Virus record (IMG/VR): IMGVR_UViG_3300045988_129445
Reading direction: 5' to 3' (one strand)
From: a virus
DNA: 64,000 nucleotides
The translations under genes and the position numbers were made by a program. The notes under the pieces were generated by a model. That model was not told the DNA's origin. It did not search any database and saw only the letters and a program-made list of their open reading frames with translations. Numbering within the stretch: the stretch's first letter is position 1; each line of letters opens with the position of its first letter. Positions 54,274 to 64,000 of the stretch are shown piece by piece.

Positions 54274-55302
54274 ATGGATGTAGCACAGCTAAAAGAATAT
54301 ATATACGACAATAATTATGTAGAAAATATTCTGAAAGATATAGGCTGTCATCATATTAAATATCATTCGTCTGGATATTGGAGCTGTGCAAATAAAGATG
54401 GGGATAATGAATCCGCAGTTATTACATATAACAACGAAAACCTAAATTGCACAAATTATACAAGAAAAATGACAGTAAAAGAAAGACAGACAGATTTAAT
54501 TGACTTGGTATGCTTTACAAAAAGTCTGTCTTTCCCAGACGGTTTAAAATATCTAGCCAATTTGATCGGCATAGATTATTATCATGATTTTAATGAGCAA
54601 CTGCCAGAAAGTTTGCAGATCACTCAATTGATTCATGATATGAAAGAAAATATAGAAACCGAAGAAGATAAACCAGTCAAACCAATTTCAAAACGAATTC
54701 TTTCTTATTATAAGGACTATGTTAATGATCTGTTTTATGAAGATCATATTACTTATTTAACACAGAAAGAATTTAATATTGGCTATGACGAAGATACAAA
54801 CAGAATTACAATACCTATTTTTTCTGAAATTGGTGATTTGGTAGGTGTTAAAGGACGATTGTTCAAGAAAGAGTTAGATAAACATGATTTGAAATATTTA
54901 TATATTGAGCCATGCGCTAGACAAAGAATCTTATACGGATTGAATAAAACTCTACCTTATATAGAAAGGGTTGGAAGAGTATATGTTGCAGAAGCAGAAA
55001 AAGCTGTCATGCAGCTATGGTCATATGGATATCAAAATGTTGTAGCAACTGGCGGCAAGCAAGTTTCAAGACAGCAAATTGATATGTTAACAAGACTCGG
55101 AGTTGAAGTAGTATTTATTTTTGACAAAGATGTTGAGTTAGAAGAGATTCAAAAGCTTGGCGATCGTTTTATTGATGGAGTTCCGATTTCATACATCATG
55201 GATAACTCAAAAGAAGGAATCCTTGATGAAAAAGAATCACCTACTGATGATCCTAAAAAATGGGAACTATTGTTAAATAACTATTTGTATACACTTAAAT
55301 AA
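54274..55302 (+). CDS. DnaG-type primase (Toprim domain), 342 aa
   Basis: Toprim core VYVAEAEKAVMQLWSYGYQNVVATGGKQVSRQQIDMLTRLGVEVVFIFDKD; N-terminal Cys/His cluster. Confidence 0.65.
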   Translation: MDVAQLKEYIYDNNYVENILKDIGCHHIKYHSSGYWSCANKDGDNESAVITYNNENLNCTNYTRKMTVKERQTDLIDLVCFTKSLSFPDGLKYLANLIGIDYYHDFNEQLPESLQITQLIHDMKENIETEEDKPVKPISKRILSYYKDYVNDLFYEDHITYLTQKEFNIGYDEDTNRITIPIFSEIGDLVGVKGRLFKKELDKHDLKYLYIEPCARQRILYGLNKTLPYIERVGRVYVAEAEKAVMQLWSYGYQNVVATGGKQVSRQQIDMLTRLGVEVVFIFDKDVELEEIQKLGDRFIDGVPISYIMDNSKEGILDEKESPTDDPKKWELLLNNYLYTLK

Positions 55303-55369
55303 GAACAGGCAGGTTATACATATAAAATACAAATTATATGAAGGTGGCACAAATGATACCTCTAATGTT

Positions 55370-57118
55370 GTGCCAGAAATTTTAAGAAATAGAGGGATTG
55401 ATGATTATGAAACGTATTTGAACCTTGATGATAACGTAATTCAAGATTATGCCGATTTAGAGGGTATCAAAAACGCAGTAAATACAACGATTTTTGCACT
55501 TGAAAATGGACATAAAATCGGTATTTTAATCGACGAGGACGTAGACGGATTTTGCTCGGCTGCAATGGCATATATGTACTTAAATCGCATTAATAATGAA
55601 CTTTATGATGGTAAGAGTAACATTTGTTACTTATTACATAAAAAAGCAAAAGCTCATGGATTAAGTGAAGATATTACTATACCTGAAGACGTGAAACTTC
55701 TAATAATTCCAGATGCAGGCACCAATGATGTAGCACAATGTACAGAACTTGTAGACCGTGGCGTACAGATTGTAATTCTTGATCACCATGAAAAAGAAGA
55801 ATCTGAAGAAATAATGCCAGAGGAAGTTGTAATTGTAAATAATCAGTGTAGTCCACGATATAGAAATAAAGACTTATGTGGGGCTGGGATTGTCTATAGA
55901 TTTTTACAGGCAATGGATGATGAATTATGGATTAATTATGCAGATGATTATTTAGATTTATGTGCATTAGCCAATATTGGTGATGTGATGGATATGAGAT
56001 CATTTGAGACACGTCGATTAGTGGATAAAGGGATTCAGAATATTCAGAATAAATGCCTTAAAGCACTAATTCAGGCACAAGATTATTCAATGCACAGTAT
56101 TGTTAATATCCATAATGTTCAGTGGTATATCGTTCCAATTATCAATGGTATGGTACGATTTGGTTCTTTGAAAGATAAAGAATTAGTTTTTAGAGCATTT
56201 ATTGAAGACTATGAGGTATTTGATTATAAGAAAAGAGCAACAAAAAACAATCCTGCGGAAGTAATCAAAGAGAACATTTACGATCGTGCTGCTCGATTAT
56301 GTAAAAATGCTAAAGGTAAACAGGATCGTCAAAAGAAAAAGATGGTTCCGATTATTATGAAAGAAGCAGAAAAAGATCAAGATAGCAAGATTACTATTCT
56401 TGATGTTACAGAAACATTAGATAGTAGTTTGACAGGATTGGTTGCTATTAAGATTGCTGAGGATATGAACAGACCATGTTTATTATTACGAAAACATACT
56501 AACCCAGAAACAGGATTAGTAGAAATGAGTGGTAGCGCAAGGAATGTAGATCATAGCCCGATTGATAGTTTGAAAGATGTGATATCCGAAACAAATTCAT
56601 TTTTATGGGCAAAAGGTCACGCCAATGCATTTGGATGTTCGACAGATAATATTTCTGGAGCAATCACAGAATTAAACGACAAGCTGGAAGATGTTAAATA
56701 TGATGCAACTTATAGGGTTGATTTCATTGTAGATGCTTGCAGATTAGATTTTGAACTACTACAGGAAATGTCTAAATTGGATAATATTCGTGGGCAGGGC
56801 ATTGATGATCCGATGATTGCTGTCGAGAATATCACATTAAATAAGGAAGAAATTAATGTTGTTGGTAAAAAAATGGATACAATACAATTCAAGATTAATG
56901 ATATTCCATGCGTGATGTTTAGATGTGATGAAAAAAATAAGATTTATGATTGGATTATGAACGATTTCTCTGACGAAGGTACAGTTACATTTGAATTAGT
57001 AGGAACTGCGCAAATTAATATTTTTAATGGTATTAGACAATATCAAATTGCAGTTGATGATCTTAATGTTCTGAGCATTACAGCAGATGAAGAATTAGAC
57101 GAAGATATTTGGGATTGA
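55370..57118 (+). CDS. RecJ-like DHH-family ssDNA exonuclease (582 aa, start uncertain, GTG)
   Basis: DHH motif I IGILIDEDVDGFCSAAMA; motif III IVILDHHEK; DHHA1-like KGHANAFG. Confidence 0.7.
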   Translation: MPEILRNRGIDDYETYLNLDDNVIQDYADLEGIKNAVNTTIFALENGHKIGILIDEDVDGFCSAAMAYMYLNRINNELYDGKSNICYLLHKKAKAHGLSEDITIPEDVKLLIIPDAGTNDVAQCTELVDRGVQIVILDHHEKEESEEIMPEEVVIVNNQCSPRYRNKDLCGAGIVYRFLQAMDDELWINYADDYLDLCALANIGDVMDMRSFETRRLVDKGIQNIQNKCLKALIQAQDYSMHSIVNIHNVQWYIVPIINGMVRFGSLKDKELVFRAFIEDYEVFDYKKRATKNNPAEVIKENIYDRAARLCKNAKGKQDRQKKKMVPIIMKEAEKDQDSKITILDVTETLDSSLTGLVAIKIAEDMNRPCLLLRKHTNPETGLVEMSGSARNVDHSPIDSLKDVISETNSFLWAKGHANAFGCSTDNISGAITELNDKLEDVKYDATYRVDFIVDACRLDFELLQEMSKLDNIRGQGIDDPMIAVENITLNKEEINVVGKKMDTIQFKINDIPCVMFRCDEKNKIYDWIMNDFSDEGTVTFELVGTAQINIFNGIRQYQIAVDDLNVLSITADEELDEDIWD

Positions 57119-57129
57119 GGTGAAAGTTA

Positions 57130-60100
57130 GTGAGCAGTTCATTACATACACATTCGCATTATTCATTATTAGATGGATATGCATTACCTGAAGAAAACTT
57201 ACAAAGAGCAGAAGAGATAGGACTAAAAGCACTGGCTATCACAGAACATGGCAATGAGTATAGTTGGTGCTATTATGATAAGCTTCATGAGAAATATCCA
57301 AGTGTTAAATTGATTTTTGGAGTTGAATTTTATGAATGCTTTGATATGACAGAACAGAATAAGGATAGCAAATATTTCCATTTAATTGTATTGGCAAAGA
57401 ATGAGAATGGTAGAAAAGCAATTAATCAATTGGTAACTGATTCAAATTTTCATGGATTTTACTACAAGCCACGAATTGATCTGGATGCATTAAAACTATA
57501 TGCAAAGGATTTGGTTGTGAGTAGTGCTTGTTTGGCATCTAAACTTGCCAGAGAGCCAGATTATCAGAAATGTGTTAAATATGTTCGTGAATACAAAGAG
57601 ATTTTTCCACATTTTTATTTAGAAATGCAGTCACATTCACATCAGGATCAAATGGTATATAATCAGAAAATCTTACAGCTTTCAGTAGACACTAATACAC
57701 CATACATTATCACAACTGATAGTCACGCTGCTAGAAAAGAAGATTTATATTATCAGAACTGGCATGTAAAACTTGCTCACGATACTGAAACCGCAGCAGA
57801 AATTTATGAAGGATGTTATTTACAATCTGACGATGAAATTCATGCAATTATGGATAACCAAATTGGAGAAGACGCAGTAACTAAAGGGCTTGAAGAAACT
57901 GATAGGATTGCAGATTTAATTGATGAAATTCACATGCCATTTCAGGCACCTCAGTTACCATCTTTCCCATTACCAGAAGGATTTGAAGATAATTATTCTT
58001 ATTTAAAGTATCTGATTGATACAGGGTGGGTAAAACGAGGATTCGATAAATTACCAGAAGAAGAACAGAAACTCAGAAAAGAAAGAATTGATTATGAATT
58101 AGATATTATTCATTCAATGGGATTCGATGGGTATTTCTTAATTGTATGGGATTTTATCAATTTTGCAAGAGAAAATGGTATTCCAATTGGTGCTGGTCGA
58201 GGTAGTTGTGCAGGTAGTTTAGTGTGTTACACGATTACAATTACAGACTTAGATCCTATCAAATATGGACTAATTTTTGAAAGATTTTTGAATCCAGAGC
58301 GAATTTCAATGCCAGATACAGATACAGATGTTGGTACACGAGATGAGATTATCCAATATTTGATCGATAAGTATGGCGAAAACAGAGTATGCCAGATTAT
58401 CAATTTCAGTTTTATTACTCCAATTGTGGCAATCAAAGATGTTGGCAAGGTCTTAGGGTTCAATTATCACGAGATGGACAAACTAAGTAAAAAATTTGTA
58501 TATGACACGATTGAAGAATCTTTATGGAATAACAGAGATTTAGCAGAGAACCCAAGATATGAAGAACTTTTTGATGTTGCATCACATCTTGCAGGCAGAG
58601 TAAAAACAGTATCTTCTCATGCAGGTGGTGTAGGAATTGTAGATACAGATATTAGCGATTATATGGCAATGAAGCTTGGAACTGACGGAGAGCACGTTAT
58701 TCAAGTAGATAAACGTATCGTTGAAGAAATTGGAATTATTAAATTTGATATTCTGGGTGTTGCCACATTAAACACTGTAAAAGAAGCTGAAATTGACGCA
58801 GGGTTAACTGAGTTTGATGTAAATATTAACAATCCAAAGTTTGAAATGGATAAAGGATCATATGAATTATTGCGTAGTGCAATGACGAATGGTGTTTTCC
58901 AAGTTGAAAGTGCTGGCATGAAGGATTTGTTGGTTAGGTTACAGGTATCAAACATGGAAGAGTTGGCAGCTGTATTAGCACTGTATAGACCAGATGCAAT
59001 GGATGTCTTAGAAGAATTTATTGAGTACAAACATCACCCAGAGAAAATTACATATATCCATCCAGATATGGAGCCAATCTTAAAGGAAACATATGGATGT
59101 ATGATTTATCAGGAGCAATTACTTGATATTGTTCGTAAATTTGGTGGTCGAAGTTATGGAGGAGCCGACTTATTCCGTAAGGCGATTGGTAAAAAGAATA
59201 TTGAACTTGTGAAGTCTGAATCTAAAAAGCTTTATTACGAGATTATTGAAAATGGATACCCCGAAGAAATTGCAAAACAGATTAGCGAGACGTTATCCCA
59301 AAAAGGGGGATACTTATTCAATAAAAGTCATGCGTACTCCTACGCTGTATTATGCTTGCAAACAGCGTTTTTAAAGAAACATTATGCGTTGTGTTTTTTT
59401 AAGGCATTATTGAATCGCAATAAAGATAAGGCAGGAATGGTAAATAAATATATTCTTGATGCCAAGGCGTTTAAGATTCAAGTGTTACCACCAAACTTAA
59501 ATAAATCAATGATGAATTTCAGTATTGACGATGTGTATATATTGTTTGGATTATCGGCTATCAGTGGTATTGGAGAAAAAATTGCAAAGGTAATTCTTGA
59601 AGACCGTGATAAAAATGGTAAATTCATAGGATTTGAAAACTTTTGCGAACGTATTAATCCAAGTAAATCACAGGTTATTCAGTTGATCAAAGCAGGTGCA
59701 ATTCCAACAAAGAATAAACGTAAAACTTTAATTCAGTATTTGAAATCTATGTATCAGCCAACAACATTCAAGCCAGTTGCAAAAGCACCGAGTTACAAAC
59801 AATTACTTATTAAATGGGATATTGACGCTGAAGATTACCGTATAGGTGAGAAGAAATATGATTACGACAAAGATGCAATATTAAAAGCTTACAACGATAA
59901 AAAGTATGAACTGTATAAAGACAAGGAAAAGGAACGCTTTCAGAAATTTATCACACAGAATCAAAAATATCTTGAGAATGAAGATTTTTGGGAATTTGAA
60001 GCATTGCAAATCTTTATCAACGATAACCCATTTGATCAGGCATACAAGTATATGTCAAAACAATTTCAAGATGTTGAAAATGGAGATGATTGTACTGTGG

Positions 60101-60363
60101 TTGCAGTGATCGCTAAAGTTGATAAAAAGAAAGACAAAAATAAAAAGACATTTGCGTATGTGAATTTATATTCTAGTTTTGGATTGACTGAGGCAATCGT
60201 CTGGCATTCGCAATTAAAAGAATATGAAGATATGATTACCAAAGGAAATCAGATTGCGATGTTATGCAGAAAAGATTCAGACGAGAAGGTTATCGCAAAG
60301 AAAATTAAACCATATAAACAATGGCTAGAAGATATTAAGAAAGTGAAGGGGGTTGTCGCCTAA
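57130..60363 (+). CDS. dnaE: DNA polymerase III alpha subunit, DnaE type (1077 aa, GTG start)
   Basis: PHP domain HTHSHYSLLDG...AITEHGN; fingers/palm region ...FDILGV...; length and order are typical of DnaE. Confidence 0.85.
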   Translation: MSSSLHTHSHYSLLDGYALPEENLQRAEEIGLKALAITEHGNEYSWCYYDKLHEKYPSVKLIFGVEFYECFDMTEQNKDSKYFHLIVLAKNENGRKAINQLVTDSNFHGFYYKPRIDLDALKLYAKDLVVSSACLASKLAREPDYQKCVKYVREYKEIFPHFYLEMQSHSHQDQMVYNQKILQLSVDTNTPYIITTDSHAARKEDLYYQNWHVKLAHDTETAAEIYEGCYLQSDDEIHAIMDNQIGEDAVTKGLEETDRIADLIDEIHMPFQAPQLPSFPLPEGFEDNYSYLKYLIDTGWVKRGFDKLPEEEQKLRKERIDYELDIIHSMGFDGYFLIVWDFINFARENGIPIGAGRGSCAGSLVCYTITITDLDPIKYGLIFERFLNPERISMPDTDTDVGTRDEIIQYLIDKYGENRVCQIINFSFITPIVAIKDVGKVLGFNYHEMDKLSKKFVYDTIEESLWNNRDLAENPRYEELFDVASHLAGRVKTVSSHAGGVGIVDTDISDYMAMKLGTDGEHVIQVDKRIVEEIGIIKFDILGVATLNTVKEAEIDAGLTEFDVNINNPKFEMDKGSYELLRSAMTNGVFQVESAGMKDLLVRLQVSNMEELAAVLALYRPDAMDVLEEFIEYKHHPEKITYIHPDMEPILKETYGCMIYQEQLLDIVRKFGGRSYGGADLFRKAIGKKNIELVKSESKKLYYEIIENGYPEEIAKQISETLSQKGGYLFNKSHAYSYAVLCLQTAFLKKHYALCFFKALLNRNKDKAGMVNKYILDAKAFKIQVLPPNLNKSMMNFSIDDVYILFGLSAISGIGEKIAKVILEDRDKNGKFIGFENFCERINPSKSQVIQLIKAGAIPTKNKRKTLIQYLKSMYQPTTFKPVAKAPSYKQLLIKWDIDAEDYRIGEKKYDYDKDAILKAYNDKKYELYKDKEKERFQKFITQNQKYLENEDFWEFEALQIFINDNPFDQAYKYMSKQFQDVENGDDCTVVAVIAKVDKKKDKNKKTFAYVNLYSSFGLTEAIVWHSQLKEYEDMITKGNQIAMLCRKDSDEKVIAKKIKPYKQWLEDIKKVKGVVA

Positions 60364-62626
60364 AGTGGTGGATAGTACAAAAGAATATGAGTTTGAGATT
60401 GTCCCATTATATCAGATTTATTATAATGAAGAATCTTTATTTGGGATTTACACATTCTGTACAGCAGAAGATTTGCCAGAATGCAAACCATATAACAATA
60501 ATGATTTTGATGACTTATCCGATAAAAAAATGAATAAATGTGGCAAATTGGTTGGTAACATGCAGGAGTTGTATTTAGGAACGAAATATAAAGTTAAAGC
60601 CAATATGACATATTCTAAGAAATACAATGAATACCAATATAAACCACTTTCTATAGTTGCTGAAGTTCCTAAAACTTTTGAAGCCCAAAAGGTATTTTTA
60701 AAAACACAGACGAATGCAACGATCGCAGATCAGTTAATTGCGAAATACCCTAATGTTGTTGAAGATGTAATGAATGGTCAGTTAGAAATGATTGACCATT
60801 CAGAAATCAAAGGACTAGGAGATAAAACTTGGAAGAAACTTAGAGATAAAATTATTAAAAATTATGTGATTTCTGATATTGTTGTAATGTTACAACCATA
60901 TGGAGTTACATTACCAACGATTGAAAGATTGTTGAAATCTGAACCTAATCCAAGTGTTTTAAAAAAACAGATTGAACAAAATCCATATATACTCACTAGA
61001 GTAAAGGGCATGGGGTTTAAACGAGTTGATGATATTGCGCTTAAATTAAAACCAGAATTGCGATGCTCAAATCAACGGTTAAATGCATTTATTTCTTACG
61101 ACTTGCATCAAGTTGGTGATAATGATGGACATACATATGTATATATCAAAAATTTAAGAAGCGATATTAGTAATGCAGCGTCTGAATGCCTACCTATATT
61201 TGACGAATGGCTTGATGAAGAATCAGATAAAAAAATACCAAATTATTTATATACATCTGGAGATAAAATTGGTCTGAAATCGTATTATACAATTGAAATG
61301 GATATTTACGAATTGATTAAAGATATGGAGAAATATTCATTTGGGAATACAACAGATTACAAACCAATAACAGATAGTGAGATTAGTCAGACGATTTCTG
61401 AAGTTGAAGATGAAGAAGGGTTTATGTTTTCAGAAGAGCAAATTACAGGAGTTAACAAAGCATTAAATTGCCAAGTTGTGTTTATTTCTGGAGAAGCTGG
61501 AACTGGTAAAACAACAATTCTGAAACCAATTATAAAATGCTACCAAAAAAGAAATAATAGAATTGTTGCGTGTGCATTATCTGCAAAAGCAGCCCAGCGA
61601 ATTAAAGAAGCAACAGGTTTGGACTCACGGACTATTCATAGATTACTTGTGGCAGAAGGTATTGATAGTTTTTGCTACAACCAAGATAACCCATTACCTG
61701 CTGATGTTGTGATCATGGATGAAAGTAGTATGACAAATGCGAGCCTTTTCTATAATTTTTTATTGGCAATTCGACCAGGAACACGATTAATTTTTTGTGG
61801 TGATTATATGCAGTTGCCACCGATTGGATTTGGTAATATTTTCTCTGACCTGTTAAAAAAGAAAGGTTTAAATAGTGTGCAGCTTACCAAACCGATGAGA
61901 CAAGCAGAAAAATCTGGTATTTTAACGGATGCAAGAAAGATTCGCAGAGGGATTAATCCATTGGATAGTCCACAATTAAAAATTGTTCATGGTGAACTAA
62001 ATGATATGTTTTATTTGTTTAGGAAGAATAGAGAATCATTGTTTAATATGGCAGTAAAACAGTATATCAAATCTGTTAAAGAGGAAGGACTTGACAATGT
62101 TGTGATTATTTCTCCACGAAGAAGTAATTGTACGAACAGTACAGATGAATTGAATAAAGCAGTACAGAAAGAGTTATTTGCTAGTAGTAATAAAGCATTT
62201 GTTGAATTTAAAGATCGTAAATACTATTTGGGAGATAAGGTATTACAGACCTCAAATGATTACGAGCGAGATGTGTTCAATGGGGATATTGGATACATTA
62301 CAGCGATTGATAAAGAAAAAGAAATATGTTTGGTGTCTATGAATGCAAATATTGAAGAGAAGATGATTGAATATTCTTTCGCTCAGTTAGGGCAACTGCA
62401 ATTAGCATATGCATTAACCACGCATAAACTTCAAGGATCGGCTGCACAAACTGTGATCGGTATTATTGACAATACGCATTACAAATTGCTTGATAACTGT
62501 ATGTTATATACGATGTTGACACGAGCTAAGAAAAGATTTGCGCTCCTTGCAGAGCCAGAGGCGTTCAAAAGATGTATCGTGACAAATCATAATAAGAGAC
62601 GCACATGGCTGAGCTTAAAAAATTAA
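60353..62626 (+). CDS. RecD/RecD2-like SF1 5'-3' DNA helicase (757 aa)
   Basis: Walker A FISGEAGTGKTT, Walker B VIMDESSM, motif VI YALTTHKLQGSAAQTV, C-terminal YTMLTRAKKR. Confidence 0.8.
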   Translation: MSPKVVDSTKEYEFEIVPLYQIYYNEESLFGIYTFCTAEDLPECKPYNNNDFDDLSDKKMNKCGKLVGNMQELYLGTKYKVKANMTYSKKYNEYQYKPLSIVAEVPKTFEAQKVFLKTQTNATIADQLIAKYPNVVEDVMNGQLEMIDHSEIKGLGDKTWKKLRDKIIKNYVISDIVVMLQPYGVTLPTIERLLKSEPNPSVLKKQIEQNPYILTRVKGMGFKRVDDIALKLKPELRCSNQRLNAFISYDLHQVGDNDGHTYVYIKNLRSDISNAASECLPIFDEWLDEESDKKIPNYLYTSGDKIGLKSYYTIEMDIYELIKDMEKYSFGNTTDYKPITDSEISQTISEVEDEEGFMFSEEQITGVNKALNCQVVFISGEAGTGKTTILKPIIKCYQKRNNRIVACALSAKAAQRIKEATGLDSRTIHRLLVAEGIDSFCYNQDNPLPADVVIMDESSMTNASLFYNFLLAIRPGTRLIFCGDYMQLPPIGFGNIFSDLLKKKGLNSVQLTKPMRQAEKSGILTDARKIRRGINPLDSPQLKIVHGELNDMFYLFRKNRESLFNMAVKQYIKSVKEEGLDNVVIISPRRSNCTNSTDELNKAVQKELFASSNKAFVEFKDRKYYLGDKVLQTSNDYERDVFNGDIGYITAIDKEKEICLVSMNANIEEKMIEYSFAQLGQLQLAYALTTHKLQGSAAQTVIGIIDNTHYKLLDNCMLYTMLTRAKKRFALLAEPEAFKRCIVTNHNKRRTWLSLKN

Positions 62627-62645
62627 CTTTATTCTTTGCACCTAT

Positions 62646-62683
62646 TGACAAGGTGCAAGAAGTATGATAAGATACCAATATGT
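62646..62683 (+). promoter_or_regulatory. promoter (-35 TTGACA, 17-nt spacer, -10 TAAGAT) inside the palindrome TTGCACC-N9-GGTGCAA; near-identical to the element at 19540
   Basis: TTGCACCTATTGACAAGGTGCAAGAAGTATGATAAGAT. Confidence 0.5.
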
Positions 62684-62703
62684 TAATGAAAGGAGATGTG
62701 AAA

Positions 62704-63342
62704 ATGAGAAAAAGATTTTTAATGAAAGTTGTCTCGTTTAGTTTTTTAGCAATGTGTTCGGGCTTTATGGCTCACACGGTTAAAGCAGAGGAGCGACCCT
62801 CGGTAGAGACTTCAACCTTATCAACAGAGACAACTGTTGCAGAAAATAAGCAAGGCAATGTGATTTCAAACAATCCAATCAGTCAAAGCGTTGAATTAAA
62901 AGACGTTCATGAGCATTATCAGAAATGTAAGGAAGCCGATGAAGAGAAGGCAAGGCAGATTCGATTAGAAAAGCTTCAGAAGAAACGATTGCGAATTAAA
63001 CGACAACGGCTGAAGCGAAAGCAAGAACTTGAAAAGAGTTCACTTGGAACATTTTTGATCACGGCATATTGTCCATGTTATGAATGTTCTGAAGGATATG
63101 GATCTAAGATTGCTTGGAATCATGCAGGGCATAGATTTGCTCGACCGTATCATACGATTGCGGTTGATAAAAACATTATCCCTTACGGAACAAGAGTTAA
63201 GATTGAGGGATACGGTGATACAATCTTTGTGGCAGAAGATTGCGGAGGCAAAGTAAAAGGAATGCATGTAGACGTGTTCAAATCAACACATTCCGAAACA
63301 ATAAATGTGCAACAGCACAGAAAAATATATGTAGTGAAGTAA
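62704..63342 (+). CDS. secreted 3D-domain protein (MltA-like double-psi beta-barrel, cell-wall associated), 212 aa; start moved to ATG 62704
   Basis: AAAGGAGATGTGAAA ribosome-binding site; signal peptide MRKRFLMKVVSFSFLAMCSGFMAHTVKA; 3D-domain core LITAYCPCYECSEGYGSKIAWNH...IAVDKNIIPYGTRVKIEGYGDTIFVAEDCGGKVKGMHVDVF. Confidence 0.7.
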   Translation: MRKRFLMKVVSFSFLAMCSGFMAHTVKAEERPSVETSTLSTETTVAENKQGNVISNNPISQSVELKDVHEHYQKCKEADEEKARQIRLEKLQKKRLRIKRQRLKRKQELEKSSLGTFLITAYCPCYECSEGYGSKIAWNHAGHRFARPYHTIAVDKNIIPYGTRVKIEGYGDTIFVAEDCGGKVKGMHVDVFKSTHSETINVQQHRKIYVVK

Positions 63343-63425
63343 TTGGCAGTTACTGAAAGACATAGAAACACAAATTAAAATAATCAACTAAACAATATAA
63401 ACAAGAAAAGGAAAATCCAAAAATT

Positions 63426-64000
63426 ATGAAAACTGAATATGTGAAAGAAATGAATGTCTTGATCGACAAAATCAATGATGCTTCATATGCGTACTACGCA
63501 GAGGATAATCCAATCATTTCAGATAAAGAATTTGACGATTTATGCACTGCTTTAGAACGATTTGAGAGAGATTCTGGCGTTGTTTTGAACAATTCGCCCA
63601 TCCATCACGTTCAAGGATTTATAATTGATTCTCTGGCTAAAGTAAAGCATACACGCCCAATGTTATCAGCTCAGAAGACGAAGGATGTCAATGAGGTCAA
63701 AAAATTTCTTGCGGATAAAATTGGTGTTTTATCGTGGAAAGAAGATGGTTTGACGGTGGTACTAAGGTACGAAAAAGGACGCTTAAAACAAGCAATTACA
63801 AGGGGAAATGGCGAGATTGGAGAAGATGTGACTCATACAGCACGTATGATTTTCAATTTACCTCTTGAGATTCCTGATAAGCGTAGTATTGAGGTACGTG
63901 GCGAATCAGTTATTAGTTATGAAAACTTCCAGAAAATCAATGAAGCGTTGCATGGTAAATGCAAGAACGCAAGAAATCTGGCAGCAGGTACAGTTAGACA
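63426..64000 (+). CDS. ligA: NAD+-dependent DNA ligase, N-terminal part (continues beyond the window end)
   Basis: Adenylation motif WKEDGLTV (KxDG) and TRGNGEIGEDVT (LigA motif III); AYYAEDNPIISDKEFD N-terminal Ia domain. Confidence 0.85.
   Translation, partial: MKTEYVKEMNVLIDKINDASYAYYAEDNPIISDKEFDDLCTALERFERDSGVVLNNSPIHHVQGFIIDSLAKVKHTRPMLSAQKTKDVNEVKKFLADKIGVLSWKEDGLTVVLRYEKGRLKQAITRGNGEIGEDVTHTARMIFNLPLEIPDKRSIEVRGESVISYENFQKINEALHGKCKNARNLAAGTVR

Noticed and set aside
1-64000. Window being a circular permutation of a ~65-kb genome, with the partial gene at 1-138 the C-terminus of the ligase at the other end
   Set aside because: The 45-aa C-terminal fragment does not look like a LigA BRCT/HhH tail, and about 1.3 kb of the ligase would still be missing. 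The two partial genes are treated as independent window-edge truncations.
1-64000. CRISPR array or rRNA genes
   Set aside because: No regularly spaced direct repeats and no rRNA-like conserved stretches were seen anywhere in the window.

Overview
AT-rich (about 33% GC) phage-like DNA, probably from a low-GC Gram-positive (Firmicutes-type) host. Coding is dense and almost entirely on the + strand, with many ATGA/TAATG start-stop overlaps. The layout, left to right: (1) 1-7 kb, an array of about 25 small ORFs of host-takeover style, each preceded by a conserved hyper-complementary Shine-Dalgarno block. (2) 7.1-7.8 kb, a HicA/HicB toxin-antitoxin pair with its own consensus promoter. (3) 8-17 kb, Bro-N/ORF6N antirepressor-like proteins, Zn-ribbon proteins and a DnaD-like replisome organizer. 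(4) 17.4-19.1 kb, a tyrosine recombinase co-operonic with a metallophosphoesterase. (5) 19.5-26.3 kb, a lower-GC island carrying an orphan MazF/PemK-like toxin, a catalytically degenerate integrase-like protein and large unknown proteins. (6) 27.2-30.9 kb, an NAD+ reconstitution/salvage operon (PncA-like hydrolase, Prs-like, NAMPT-like, NadE), followed by a flotillin (SPFH) protein and a coiled-coil membrane protein. (7) 33.6 kb, a tRNA-like gene interrupted in its anticodon loop, next to the only convincing minus-strand gene, an XRE-family repressor, with a divergent promoter. (8) 34-49 kb, small genes including lipoproteins, a solo HicB-like protein, a DHH-DHHA1 phosphoesterase, NDT-fold proteins, a nucleotidyltransferase + HigA-like pair and two TcdR-like sigma-factor paralogs. 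(9) 49.5-64 kb, a replication module: SSB-like, Sak4-like ATPase, DnaB-like helicase, primase, RecJ-like, DnaE-type Pol III alpha, RecD-like helicase, a secreted 3D-domain protein, and the N-terminus of NAD-dependent ligase. No CRISPR array and no rRNA were seen. All functional calls come from motif recognition by eye; none has been searched against a database.
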